Positions 8,815-18,931 of a DNA stretch of 63,745 nt are shown here, piece by piece. A program made the translations under genes and the position numbers. Positions within the stretch are counted from its first letter, which is position 1, and each line of letters starts with the position of its first letter. The notes under the pieces were generated by a model, which was given only the letters and a program-made list of their open reading frames with translations, ran no database searches and was not told where the DNA came from. The DNA lies in assembly GCA_003245835.1 (NCBI GenBank), contig QKCC01000046.1:1-63745 (forward strand), read 5' to 3'. The stretch is from Spirochaetales bacterium (lineage in GTDB: Bacteria > Spirochaetota > Spirochaetia > UBA9216).

Positions 8815-10430
8815 TTCATAGTCCTTACGGCGCAGGCTCCGCATGCACCCAGTGTTATATTAAGCACTGCATCTGAAACATGGTATTTAACCTCCGCATT
8901 CTCATACAGCAAGGGTTCCGCTGTTCCAATCAGCGAATAATTGAAACTATGACTTTTATTTATATCAAGATTAACAGCAATCAGGATACTTTCGCCGCTG
9001 CCGTCCCTTCTTCTGCATACAATCAAGCTGTCGCATCCAGTATCAAAGAATTCGACATTTCCGGTCCAGCTAAGACTGGGCTCATTCTGCAGCAGCTTGT
9101 TTACAGCTGAAATAAATGCCCTGAAGTCGCGTTCTGACCCTTCCGGCATTATGCCTTTTCTTCCTATAAAATCTATTTTTTCTGAGACGCCGTCTTCATA
9201 CCCCTGAACAATACCGGTAATACCGGTCCCCATCAGCGCGCAGGCGGCGTATCGCGGAACGGAAGAACATGCTTTACCGAACAGCTGGGCGGCGGTACCG
9301 GTATCATGCGAAACAGGAGTAAGCAGATACCGGGCGATACCGGAAGATTTATGTATTGAATCAATGTATCTTTGGAGTCCCGGTGCAAACGGGTATTCCC
9401 AGCTGTTCCCTGTAACAAGGTTCAGTCCGTAATTCATTACAGCATCTTCTATATGGTAATCAGCCCCGAAAAATTCCGAAAGTATAATAACTTCAGGATA
9501 TTTTTTTCTTACAGCCGGCAAAAGCCATTTTATAAAGTTTTCGTTGGAGGAATGAAGATTATCGAGTCTTATCATTACCCGGCCTTCACCTGCGGCCCTG
9601 ATCCAGAATTCGACATAAGAATACATATATTCATACAATTCTTTTTTAACCGAAGGATCGGGATGATCATAATTTAAAAGCACTAGGTCTTCCCAGCTTA
9701 TCCAGCTGTTCTGATGATAACATCCGGCCCTTTTCATTTTGTCAGCCCGCTGCTTATCCGGAATTACCCATTCTGCATGCTTTGAACACAAAATATTGTC
9801 GCTTGATACATGGTTAAGAACGATATCGAGGCAGATTGTAATTCCCAGTTTCACAGCTTCTGCTGAAAAACTTTTAAAATCACCGACAGAATCTGCATAA
9901 GCGTTGTCTATACTGAATAAATCAGCGGCAGCATACGGGCTTTCAGAGGAACCCATCTTTGTAAAAGGCAGAATATGAACCGCGTTAAACCCAAGATCCT
10001 TTAAAGTCTTCAAGCCTCGCGTCCAGTCTTTCATCGTTCCCGAAACATTCGGTATAAGCGTATACATTGTAATGGTTTTCATGAAATCCGGATCCGCCAA
10101 TACCTGGTGATATTCCGCCGGTTCCCATTCAATATTATGATTGGTTTCTGCCGCGATACGCCAGGCTGATCGCCCGCCTCTGAGCCCGGACAGTTCAATC
10201 ACAAAAATCCCGTTTACCTTTTTGAACGGGATCATCTGCCAGTCTGCACTCATTGTATCTGTGTGCAGATAGACACGTTTAATTTCTTCTGCTTCCGCGA
10301 AGGCAACTTCAATCTGCAGTTTATCGCTTTCATACAATCGCTGAAGATGAGGTATTTTATCGATTGACTGACCGTTTACATATATTACAACATTATAATC
10401 ACGCTTCAGCAGTATATTATTTCTTGACAT
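8811..10430 (-). CDS. GH13 alpha-amylase-family protein resembling the 4-alpha-glucanotransferase half of eukaryotic glycogen debranching enzyme
   Basis: GFNAVHILPF, SPYAAAD, DIVLNHVS, RLDNLHS (nucleophile), SEFF (acid/base), SHDT. Start could be 10430 or 10442. Confidence 0.75.
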   Translation of the reverse strand: MSRNNILLKRDYNVVIYVNGQSIDKIPHLQRLYESDKLQIEVAFAEAEEIKRVYLHTDTMSADWQMIPFKKVNGIFVIELSGLRGGRSAWRIAAETNHNIEWEPAEYHQVLADPDFMKTITMYTLIPNVSGTMKDWTRGLKTLKDLGFNAVHILPFTKMGSSESPYAAADLFSIDNAYADSVGDFKSFSAEAVKLGITICLDIVLNHVSSDNILCSKHAEWVIPDKQRADKMKRAGCYHQNSWISWEDLVLLNYDHPDPSVKKELYEYMYSYVEFWIRAAGEGRVMIRLDNLHSSNENFIKWLLPAVRKKYPEVIILSEFFGADYHIEDAVMNYGLNLVTGNSWEYPFAPGLQRYIDSIHKSSGIARYLLTPVSHDTGTAAQLFGKACSSVPRYAACALMGTGITGIVQGYEDGVSEKIDFIGRKGIMPEGSERDFRAFISAVNKLLQNEPSLSWTGNVEFFDTGCDSLIVCRRRDGSGESILIAVNLDINKSHSFNYSLIGTAEPLLYENAEVKYHVSDAVLNITLGACGACAVRTMK

Positions 10431-12852
10431 GGCAGCTTTCAATTTTCCAGATATCCCTCGCGTATTCGTTTATTGTCCGGTCTGATGAAAATTTACCGGA
10501 GTTGGCTATATTCATAAGTGAAGACTGCAGCCAGGCTGTTCGGTCAAGGTATTTTTTCCCGGCCTCGGTCTGTACATCAATGTATGAACCAAGATCAGCC
10601 AGATGCATATAATAATCATGGTCAAGCAGGTGCCTGATCAGCATATCAAATATGTCCGGCTCGCTTATGTTGAAGTACCCGCTCCTCAGGAGCCGTATAA
10701 CATCATCAATCCGTCTGTCTGAAAGAATGGATTTAGGATCATAGTTCAGCCTCATCTGTTCCACTTCATCGGCCTTCAAACCGAAGATAAACATATTTTC
10801 TTCGCCGGCTTCCTCAAGTATTTCAATATTTGCCCCGTCGAGTGTTCCCATAGTCAGCGCACCGTTAAGCATGAACTTCATATTGCCCGTTCCTGAAGCT
10901 TCAGTTCCTGCTGTCGAGATCTGTTCCGAGAGTTCTGATGCAGGAAAAATTCTTTCTGCAAGCGATACGCTGTAGTTGGGCAGAAAAAACACTTTCAGCT
11001 TGCCGGCAATCGATCTGTCCCCGTTGATAACGTGACTTACATTATTGATAAGCTTGATAATTAGTTTTGCCGCGTCATATCCGGGCGCAGCTTTTCCGCT
11101 GAAAATAAATGTCCTCGGAGTGATTTCTTCACCGGCCCTTGCTTTATTGTAAAGTGATATAATATGCAGGATATTCAAAAACTGTCTTTTATATTCATGT
11201 ATCCGCTTCACCTGCACATCAAACATCGACGCCGGGTCAAGACTGAATCCCCATTTCTGTTTACAGTAATTCGAAAACATCACCTTATTCTCGTATTTAA
11301 CTTCACCGAGCCTTTCAAGAAACGAAGTGTCTTTTTTGTATTTTTCAAGTTTTTTAAGCTCATCAAGTTTTGTAATCCATTTTTCGCCTATTGCGTCGCT
11401 TATCAGCGTCGAAAGGTTTTTATTTGACTTAAGAAGCCATCTTCGCTGTGTTATTCCGTTTGTTTTATTATTAAAACGATCAGGGAACATCTCATAGAAA
11501 TCCGGGACCAGTTTTTCTTTAATCAGTTTTGAATGCAGTTCCGCCACACCGTTTACTGAATGTGAACCGAGTATCGCAAGAGGAGCCATCCTGACCCTCT
11601 TTTCTTCTCCTTCACTTATCAGCGACATATTAGAAAGCTTTCCCAGGTTTCCGGGATACCTGCCAGTAACCTTCTGCAGGAAAAAGTGGTTAATCTGGTA
11701 GATTATTTCAAGGTGCCTGGGCAGGTATTTTTCAAACATGGAGACGGGCCATGTCTCAAGGGCTTCGGGCATAAGAGTATGGTTTGTATAGCCGAAGGTC
11801 TCATTCGTAATCGACCAGGCTGTATCCCAGTCGATATCTTCTATATCAACCAGCAGTCTCATGAGCTCTGCCACAGCGATCGCCGGGTGTGTATCGTTCA
11901 GCTGAACCGCCATTTTTTTCGGAAATTCACTTATAGGAAGCTCGAAACGCTTAAACCTGCGGAAGATATCCTGCAGCGAAGCGCTGACAAAAAAGAACTG
12001 CTGCCGGAAACGAAGCTCCTTTCCGGAATAAATGGAATCGTTCGGGTACAGAACCTTTGTCAGGGTTTCAGCACGTACTTCATCATCCACCGAGTTGTAA
12101 TAGTCTCCTTCATTGAAGGCCTGGTAATCGAACTGCTCAGGGCTCTTTGAATCCCAAAGCCTGAGTGTATTAACCGTATTGCCGCCGTACCCGACTATTG
12201 GTGTATCATAGGGCGTAGCAACAATGTCCTGCGTATCTACCCAGAAGCATTTACCGAATTTATTTCTGGCAACCCGACCTCCGAATTTTACATTAACCTG
12301 AATATCGTTTCTGCGGATCTCCCAGGGGTTTCTGTATTTAAGCCAGTCGTCAGCTTCTTCAACCTGGTAACCGTTAACAATAGTCTGTTTAAAAAAACCA
12401 TATTTATATCTTAGCCCGTATCCGTAAGCCGGTATCTCGAGTGTTGCCAGTGAATCAAGAAAGCAGGCGGCAAGCCGTCCCAGGCCTCCGTTGCCGAGCC
12501 CGGAATCAACCGTTGCCGATTTAAGCTCTTCCCACATGATCCCTTCTTCTTCGATCATCTTCTCGACCTCGTTCTGAATTCCGAGATTGATCATATTATT
12601 CGACATAGCGCGTCCCATAAGGAATTCAAACGAAAAATAATTGACACTTTTGGCCTTTGTCGCTGCGTGGGTTTCTTTAGTGTCGAACCATCGCTCGATG
12701 ATCCTGTCCCTGATTGTCATTGCAAGTGCAATGTACTTGTCGGTACGGTGACTGTTTTCAAATGTTACAGCGAGGCTGTACTTCAGATGCTCATAAAAAC
12801 TGTCGCGTATAGCTTCTTTACTGTTTCCTTTTTTTAATATTTCTTTCTTCAA
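10417..12852 (-). CDS. glgP: Glycogen phosphorylase (GT35)
   Basis: GLGNGGLGRLAACFLDS, KRIHEYKRQ, EASGTGNMKF (PLP lysine); TTG start overlaps the upstream stop. Confidence 0.95.
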   Translation of the reverse strand: MKKEILKKGNSKEAIRDSFYEHLKYSLAVTFENSHRTDKYIALAMTIRDRIIERWFDTKETHAATKAKSVNYFSFEFLMGRAMSNNMINLGIQNEVEKMIEEEGIMWEELKSATVDSGLGNGGLGRLAACFLDSLATLEIPAYGYGLRYKYGFFKQTIVNGYQVEEADDWLKYRNPWEIRRNDIQVNVKFGGRVARNKFGKCFWVDTQDIVATPYDTPIVGYGGNTVNTLRLWDSKSPEQFDYQAFNEGDYYNSVDDEVRAETLTKVLYPNDSIYSGKELRFRQQFFFVSASLQDIFRRFKRFELPISEFPKKMAVQLNDTHPAIAVAELMRLLVDIEDIDWDTAWSITNETFGYTNHTLMPEALETWPVSMFEKYLPRHLEIIYQINHFFLQKVTGRYPGNLGKLSNMSLISEGEEKRVRMAPLAILGSHSVNGVAELHSKLIKEKLVPDFYEMFPDRFNNKTNGITQRRWLLKSNKNLSTLISDAIGEKWITKLDELKKLEKYKKDTSFLERLGEVKYENKVMFSNYCKQKWGFSLDPASMFDVQVKRIHEYKRQFLNILHIISLYNKARAGEEITPRTFIFSGKAAPGYDAAKLIIKLINNVSHVINGDRSIAGKLKVFFLPNYSVSLAERIFPASELSEQISTAGTEASGTGNMKFMLNGALTMGTLDGANIEILEEAGEENMFIFGLKADEVEQMRLNYDPKSILSDRRIDDVIRLLRSGYFNISEPDIFDMLIRHLLDHDYYMHLADLGSYIDVQTEAGKKYLDRTAWLQSSLMNIANSGKFSSDRTINEYARDIWKIESCHVKK

Positions 12853-14834
12853 TTTCGTTCCCTCTTTATTATTTCAGCTGCTCTCAATATTTCTCCGCAG
12901 CTCCATGCCTGTGCAAAACATCCCTTCCCGGTACCCGGAGCCAATCCGTCGAATATTTCGGATACGGAACCCCAGCCGTCACGGAAAAGATGAACCGATA
13001 AAAAATTATTAATGTAATTACCCCAGAAGTTTCGTGTTTTTTCCTGATTTTCCGAAACAAGCAGCGATGTTTCTACCATTATTCCGAGCGGCCACGGCCA
13101 GACCGTTCCCTGATGATATTTGCTGTCCCTTTCATCAGGACCGCCGGAATAAAATTCTGCAAAATCAGGGTCGCCCGGAGCGAGGGTTCTTAACCCCATA
13201 TCCGTCAGGAGATACTTTTCTGCCGCTGCTGCGACCGCCTTTCTTTTTTCCAAATCAAGCAGACCGTTCCTGGCAGATGAAGCAAAAAGCATGTTCGGCC
13301 TGATTTTCATATCAGGACCAAATTCGTTGACTGTATCCGAAAGATATCCGTAATCGTTAAGCCAGAACTTTTCAGTGAACTTCTCCGGAAATGCCTCAAT
13401 TCTATTAGCTATATTCTTTTCAGGTTTATTGCCGGCCATCCTGTCGAGTGATTCTATAAGTTTGAGAGCATCGTACCAGAGCGCGTTAAGCTCAACCGCG
13501 TATCCGTAGCGCGGCGTTACCGGCCTTCCCCATGCTGTGGCATCCATCCAGGTCAGCTGAGTATCGGGACTGCCGGAATAGACAAGACCGTCGGAATCCA
13601 GCTCTGCATGCTCAACCCTGTTTTCGATAAAGGCTCCGGCAACCGCTCTGACAGCAGGAAGAAACCTTCCGGTAAGAACTGCTTTTTCATCATTATTACG
13701 GCCGTAACCGAAATCGATCAGCTTGTTTATTGCCCAGCAGAACAGCAGACCGGCATCGATTGAGTTATAAGAGGTGAATCCCTGTGTATCTCCCAGGGTA
13801 TTCGGCAGAAGCCCGTCTTTAATCATAGAAATATAATCACTCAATATCCGGATACCTTGCTCAGTTTTTCCGCTGTAAAAAGTGAGCCCGGGAAGGGCTA
13901 TCATCGTATCTCTGCCCCATTCGCCGAACCATGGGTAACCGGCATTTATGGAATTTTTTCCGGAGGGATTACGAAGCAGAAAATGGGCAGACTGGCGCCT
14001 TAATAGTTCTATACTGCTTTCGGGTTCTGAATAGCCTTTATACCTTGATGCAGTTTCTTTGCGGTAGTAATCCAGGAGATCGCCGCAGGCCTTACCCGCG
14101 CCGACGATACCGACTTTTATGACAAATGGTACTCCCTTTTTAAGCACTATGGACACAGTTCCGGGCACAAAACGATCTTCAATCCATTCGAGTCCGCGGT
14201 CCTTTTCGTCGATGTAGCATATATTTTTATCCCAGTAAAAACCCTCTTCATACTCCCATTCTCCCGAAAACCGTATTTCTGTCGACGGGAAACCTGTATA
14301 TGGAGCGATGGTTAATGAATCACCGGACTGTACTGCTGTTCTATTTATGCTGCTGTTTTCAAAAGTCAGGTTATGGCTGTTTCTGCACGAAAAAAGAAAT
14401 TTCAAATCTGCATTTACAACAGCATCACCGTCTTCGAGGGTATACACTATCCATACTGCGGATTCTTCCCTCCGCATGAAAACCTCTTTTTTCAAGCTGC
14501 AGCTGCTGTTTTTGTATACCCAATGCGGGAACGGAAGAAGTACGGCTTCGTCAAGCGCTCTCCATCCTTCCGGATAGAAAGCGCCGGGGTATCTGGTTAT
14601 TCCCGTCAGAATCGGTTCCCGGCTGTTAAGTATGATATCTACAGATGAAAGTATATGAAAGCGGCCTTCGAAGCCTTCAACAGGGGCTACAAGCAGTCCG
14701 TGATACTTTCTGTTATTCAGTTCAATTATACTCGATGAAGCGTAGGCTCCGGCATTGTTAGTCTCGAGCCATTCGATACTTCCGTGGGTGTCAGGAAAAA
14801 AAGGTGCCTTAAATTTACCATTTAAACTATTCAT
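12849..14834 (-). CDS. Amylo-alpha-1,6-glucosidase (GDE_N + GDE_C, GH133-type)
   Basis: EWLETN, RKYHGLL, AGYPWFGEWGRDTMI, TWMDA, YHQGTVWPW, QAWS. Confidence 0.9.
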   Translation of the reverse strand: MNSLNGKFKAPFFPDTHGSIEWLETNNAGAYASSSIIELNNRKYHGLLVAPVEGFEGRFHILSSVDIILNSREPILTGITRYPGAFYPEGWRALDEAVLLPFPHWVYKNSSCSLKKEVFMRREESAVWIVYTLEDGDAVVNADLKFLFSCRNSHNLTFENSSINRTAVQSGDSLTIAPYTGFPSTEIRFSGEWEYEEGFYWDKNICYIDEKDRGLEWIEDRFVPGTVSIVLKKGVPFVIKVGIVGAGKACGDLLDYYRKETASRYKGYSEPESSIELLRRQSAHFLLRNPSGKNSINAGYPWFGEWGRDTMIALPGLTFYSGKTEQGIRILSDYISMIKDGLLPNTLGDTQGFTSYNSIDAGLLFCWAINKLIDFGYGRNNDEKAVLTGRFLPAVRAVAGAFIENRVEHAELDSDGLVYSGSPDTQLTWMDATAWGRPVTPRYGYAVELNALWYDALKLIESLDRMAGNKPEKNIANRIEAFPEKFTEKFWLNDYGYLSDTVNEFGPDMKIRPNMLFASSARNGLLDLEKRKAVAAAAEKYLLTDMGLRTLAPGDPDFAEFYSGGPDERDSKYHQGTVWPWPLGIMVETSLLVSENQEKTRNFWGNYINNFLSVHLFRDGWGSVSEIFDGLAPGTGKGCFAQAWSCGEILRAAEIIKRERN

Positions 14835-16814
14835 CTAATCAATCCGTTTAAACACTAAACCGGTTCGTGCAGGGAGGTAAAGCCTCAGCCTTGTCTTTCC
14901 GTCGCCATCCGTGACGGTATCAAGCTCAAGCTGTTCAGGAACCCTTCCCTGTCCGTCATAATCAACCGAATCAGTATTAAAAACAAGCCCCCATCTGCCT
15001 TTTTTAACGCAAATACCATAGTGCGTAAATGATACAGATTGGTTGATATTAATTACGTATATAAGGCCGCCCCTAATATATGCGAGCACACCGTCGTGAT
15101 TGTTGCAGTGTTTAAGCTCTGCAGACGAATCGTTCAGCGAGCTGCTGCATTTATGAATCATATCAGCAGTGAACTTATTGAGCCTGTAGTATCTTAGACC
15201 GGGATTGTCCGAAAGCGACCACTGCCGCCTCGCGTAGTGATAACTCCAGTTGTTGCCTTCTCTAGGAAAGTCGATCCACTCGGGGTGTCCGAACTCATTT
15301 CCCATGAAGCACATATATCCGTCGCCGCCGGCGGAAAAAGTCAGAAGATTAATCAGCTTGTAATAAGCAATGCCCCGGTCTGCTGAAAGTGATTCACAGT
15401 CAACCGACATGTCCGTGTACATCGCGGAATCCATAAGTCTGAACAGAATAGTCTTGTCGCCTACAAGTGCCTGATCATGGCTTTCAGAATAGGCAATATG
15501 CTTTTCACCGTAACGCCTGTTGCTGAGCACTTCCCAGAATTCCGATACCCGCCAGTCCTCATCCTTCCTGTCCTTTATGATTTTAATCCAGTAATCCGGC
15601 AGTCCCATTGTAAGCCTGTAGTCGAATCCGCAACCGCCGTCCTCCGGCGGCTTCCCCATTCCGGGCATACCGCTCATATCTTCGGCGATAGTTAGCGCAT
15701 CGGTATTTATGCCGTGTACCAGATCATTCGCAAGGCTGAGATACAAAAAGGCATCCTCATCAACATTGCTGCCGAAATATTTGTCGTAATGATCGAATGC
15801 CGCCCCGAGTCCGTGATCGTTGTAAAGCATGCTTGTAACTCCGTCGAAACGGAAGCCGTCAAGCCTGTACTCCTCGATCCAGAACCTGCAGTTGGAAAGA
15901 AGAAAATTACGGACTTCGTGTTTTCCGTAGTCAAAGCATCGTGAATCCCAGGCCGGATGTGTTCCTTTATGATTGCCGTGAAAATACAGAAAATTACTTC
16001 CGTCCTGAAATCCGATGCCTTCGACCTCGTTTTTTACCGCGTGGCTGTGTACGAGGTCCATTATCACTCTGATCCCGTTTTTATGGCATTCATCTACAAG
16101 CTGTTTAAACTCTTCAGGGGTTCCGTAGCGTGAAGAAAGCGCGAAAAAGCTGGAAACCTGGTATCCGAACGAAGCATAATACGGATGTTCCATCAGTGCC
16201 ATAAGCTGGATTGTGTTGAACCCGCCGGCTGCAATCCTGGGCAGGATGTTCTCCCTGAATTCGCTGAATGTGCCTATGCCGCCGTGCTCACGGGCCATTC
16301 CGATGTGAGCCTCGTAGATGACCGGCGGAAGATTTTTAGGTATGTAACTCTCAATCTGCCAGCTGTACTGCTCGGGCGGCTGCCATACCTGTGCCGTGAA
16401 AATATAGGTAACAGGATCCTGAACGACCCGTCTTGCATAGGCCGGAATCCGATCCCCGCTTCCGCCGGGCCAGGAAATATACAGCCTGTAATGGCTGCCG
16501 TGAGACAGAACATCAAGCGGAACCTTTATTTCCCAGTCACCGTAATGATTGAGCCGGCTGAAACTGAATCTGTCATCAGGCTGCCATCCCGAACTGTCGC
16601 AAAGCAGTCTGATTGATTCGGCATTTGGAGCCCACTCCCTTATTACAGTCATTCCATCTTCGTAATGCTCACCATAATAACGATGGGCAAACGAGAAGCC
16701 TGCATTTTTATAGAGAGAGGTTTTTAACGTACTGAAATGCCGTATCCTTGATTTAATCTGGCTGCTGTAGGGTTCTAACCAGGGATCCTTCTTTATTATT
16801 TCGGGAACTTTCAC
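14835..16814 (-). CDS. glgB: 1,4-alpha-glucan branching enzyme (GH13_8-like)
   Basis: DLVHSHA, GFRFDGVTSMLY, IAEDMSG, ESHDQALVGDKT, MGNEFGHPEWIDFPR; GTG start. Confidence 0.93.
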   Translation of the reverse strand: MKVPEIIKKDPWLEPYSSQIKSRIRHFSTLKTSLYKNAGFSFAHRYYGEHYEDGMTVIREWAPNAESIRLLCDSSGWQPDDRFSFSRLNHYGDWEIKVPLDVLSHGSHYRLYISWPGGSGDRIPAYARRVVQDPVTYIFTAQVWQPPEQYSWQIESYIPKNLPPVIYEAHIGMAREHGGIGTFSEFRENILPRIAAGGFNTIQLMALMEHPYYASFGYQVSSFFALSSRYGTPEEFKQLVDECHKNGIRVIMDLVHSHAVKNEVEGIGFQDGSNFLYFHGNHKGTHPAWDSRCFDYGKHEVRNFLLSNCRFWIEEYRLDGFRFDGVTSMLYNDHGLGAAFDHYDKYFGSNVDEDAFLYLSLANDLVHGINTDALTIAEDMSGMPGMGKPPEDGGCGFDYRLTMGLPDYWIKIIKDRKDEDWRVSEFWEVLSNRRYGEKHIAYSESHDQALVGDKTILFRLMDSAMYTDMSVDCESLSADRGIAYYKLINLLTFSAGGDGYMCFMGNEFGHPEWIDFPREGNNWSYHYARRQWSLSDNPGLRYYRLNKFTADMIHKCSSSLNDSSAELKHCNNHDGVLAYIRGGLIYVININQSVSFTHYGICVKKGRWGLVFNTDSVDYDGQGRVPEQLELDTVTDGDGKTRLRLYLPARTGLVFKRID

Positions 16815-16823
16815 TGTTCCCCG

Positions 16824-18107
16824 CTAAATTACTGTTCCGTCTTTAATTACGGCGCCCTTGTGAATAATAATTATCCCGTCCACAATATGGTAGTTTCCAT
16901 AATCTCCGTCCCGGCGTGAATCAGCGTCGATTCCGATTCTGCATGCCGATCCGATTCGGGCATTTTTATCGATGATTGCGCCCTTGATGACCGATCCGCG
17001 TCCGATACCTATATCCGGTATACCCATTTCCCGGTTGTGATCACGATCCTCGCGCGTCTCATACCAGTCGGAACCCATACAGTATACACCGTCAAGCGAA
17101 GCGCCCTCACTGATAATCGTTCTTACTCCGACGATGGAATAATTTATGTATGCGTCTGTGATTATTGAGCCCTCAGCCGCAAGCGAATGCTTGAATACAC
17201 ATGAATTTATCTTTGATGGAGGAAGGTTCCTTCTGTGGGTAAACACAGGTTTTTCTTCATCATACAGATTGAATTTCGGATGTGAAGAAGCAAGGTTAAG
17301 GTTGGCTTCGTAAAAACTCTTTATTGTTCCGATGTCTTCCCAGTATCCGTCGTATACATAGGCCAGGACCTTTTTATTCCTGATTGCGTCCGGGATTATT
17401 TCCTTGCCGAAATCAGTCGAATCATTTTTAAGACATTCTTCCATCGCGTCAGCATTGAAAATATAGATACCCATGGATGCAAGGTATTCCTTCCTGCCGT
17501 CCTCTTCGCGCCTGCTCTGTATTCCTTCCGATTCGGGTATTTTTAACTCTGATATATCAAGGTCGGGACCCGGTTTCTCAAGAAACGAATCAATTTTCTT
17601 ATCGCTGTCGATTTTAAGGATTCCAAGCTGGTTTGCATCCGTTCTGCTCACCGGAGTAGCCGCAATCGTGATATCGGCGCCGCTTTGTTTATGCTGTCGC
17701 AAAAATGCAGTCAAATCCATATTGTAAAGCTGGTCGCCTGAAAGGATCATGTAGTAATCGGGATTATGCATTTCATAATTTTTCCAGTTCTTCCGAACTG
17801 CGTCTGCAGTTCCTTCGTACCAGCCGCTCTGTGCGCTTTTCTGGGTAGCCGCGAGAATTTCAACAAACCCCCTTGAAAAACCGTCAAACTGGTAGGACCT
17901 GTTTATATGAAAGTTCAGAGAAGCTGATTCAAACTGGGTCAGTATAAAAATTCGTCTAAGTCCTGAATTTATACAGTTTGAAATAGCAATATCAATAAGC
18001 CTTGATTTTCCGCCGAAAGGTACCGCCGGTTTCGCTCTGTCTGCAGTCAGGGGATACAGTCTTGTACCCTTCCCGCCACCCAATATGATGCATAATACAT
18101 TATCCAT
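16824..18107 (-). CDS. glgC: Glucose-1-phosphate adenylyltransferase
   Basis: ILGGGKGTRLYPLT, RAKPAVPFGG, GTADAVR, ILSGDQLY, FLEKP, YWEDIGT; AGGAG SD. Confidence 0.95.
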   Translation of the reverse strand: MDNVLCIILGGGKGTRLYPLTADRAKPAVPFGGKSRLIDIAISNCINSGLRRIFILTQFESASLNFHINRSYQFDGFSRGFVEILAATQKSAQSGWYEGTADAVRKNWKNYEMHNPDYYMILSGDQLYNMDLTAFLRQHKQSGADITIAATPVSRTDANQLGILKIDSDKKIDSFLEKPGPDLDISELKIPESEGIQSRREEDGRKEYLASMGIYIFNADAMEECLKNDSTDFGKEIIPDAIRNKKVLAYVYDGYWEDIGTIKSFYEANLNLASSHPKFNLYDEEKPVFTHRRNLPPSKINSCVFKHSLAAEGSIITDAYINYSIVGVRTIISEGASLDGVYCMGSDWYETREDRDHNREMGIPDIGIGRGSVIKGAIIDKNARIGSACRIGIDADSRRDGDYGNYHIVDGIIIIHKGAVIKDGTVI

Positions 18108-18127
18108 TCGTTACTCCTCTTTTTTTA

Positions 18128-18156
18128 ATTATAACTCCGCATTATTTTGAACGCAA
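18128..18156 (-). promoter_or_regulatory. Sigma70-type promoter of the glycogen operon
   Basis: TTGCGT-17nt-TATAAT upstream of the glgC SD. Confidence 0.65.
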
Positions 18157-18202
18157 ATCAGATTTTAGTATATTAACCAGCTTCCGTCCACAGTAATAAA
18201 AA

Positions 18203-18232
18203 TTGCTTTTGACTGTAAAAAAATGATATATT
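18203..18232 (+). promoter_or_regulatory. Sigma70-type promoter of lipB, leaderless geometry
   Basis: TTGCTT-18nt-TATATT with an extended -10 TG, 6 nt before ATG 18239. Confidence 0.55.
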
Positions 18233-18238
18233 TTTATT

Positions 18239-18931
18239 ATGAATTTAAACCTTGTCGATCTCGGCCGGATGCCGTACTCAGAAGCCCTTGCAGTACAGAA
18301 AGCAGCTGTAGAAAGAGTCCGAAATCACGAAATAGACAATACACTCTTTCTTGTAGAACATCCGCCTGTCCTTACCCTTGGAAGGCGCGCAGAGCGAAAG
18401 AACATCCTCGTCTCTGATGAAGTCCTTCATGAAGCCGGGGTCGAACTGTTCAATATCGAACGCGGAGGGGACGTCACATATCACGGTCCGGGACAGCTTG
18501 TGGGGTACCCGATTCTGAGACTTTCCGAATTCGGACAGGACCTTCATAAATATGTGTCCGATATTGAAGAGGTCTTTGTCAGGCTGCTTCTTGACTGTTA
18601 TGGTATCGAAACTGCAAAAGAAAAAGGCAAATACACCGGCGTTTACATCGAGAGCAGAAAGATAACCGCTATCGGAATAGCGGTAAGAAAATGGATTAGT
18701 TATCACGGTTTTGCATTCAACGTCAGTACCAACCTGAAGCATTTTGACTGGATAATTCCCTGCGGACTTGCAGACAGGAGTGTCACCTCGCTTGAAAAGG
18801 AAACCGGCCGAACAACTGATTTTGAAAATGTTAAAATGCAGACTGCTGAATATTTCTCAAAAGTTTTCAGCACCGGGATAGTCCCTAAAAAACTGTACGA
18901 GGTACTTGATGAAGATTACAAACAGGCCTGA
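18239..18931 (+). CDS. lipB: Lipoyl(octanoyl) transferase
   Basis: [45 protein letters not shown]. Confidence 0.95.
   Translation: MNLNLVDLGRMPYSEALAVQKAAVERVRNHEIDNTLFLVEHPPVLTLGRRAERKNILVSDEVLHEAGVELFNIERGGDVTYHGPGQLVGYPILRLSEFGQDLHKYVSDIEEVFVRLLLDCYGIETAKEKGKYTGVYIESRKITAIGIAVRKWISYHGFAFNVSTNLKHFDWIIPCGLADRSVTSLEKETGRTTDFENVKMQTAEYFSKVFSTGIVPKKLYEVLDEDYKQA

Noticed and set aside
18146-18159. TTTGAACGCAAATC upstream of glgC as another LacI-type site
   Set aside because: Only the right half matches, and it coincides with the -35 box of the glgC promoter.
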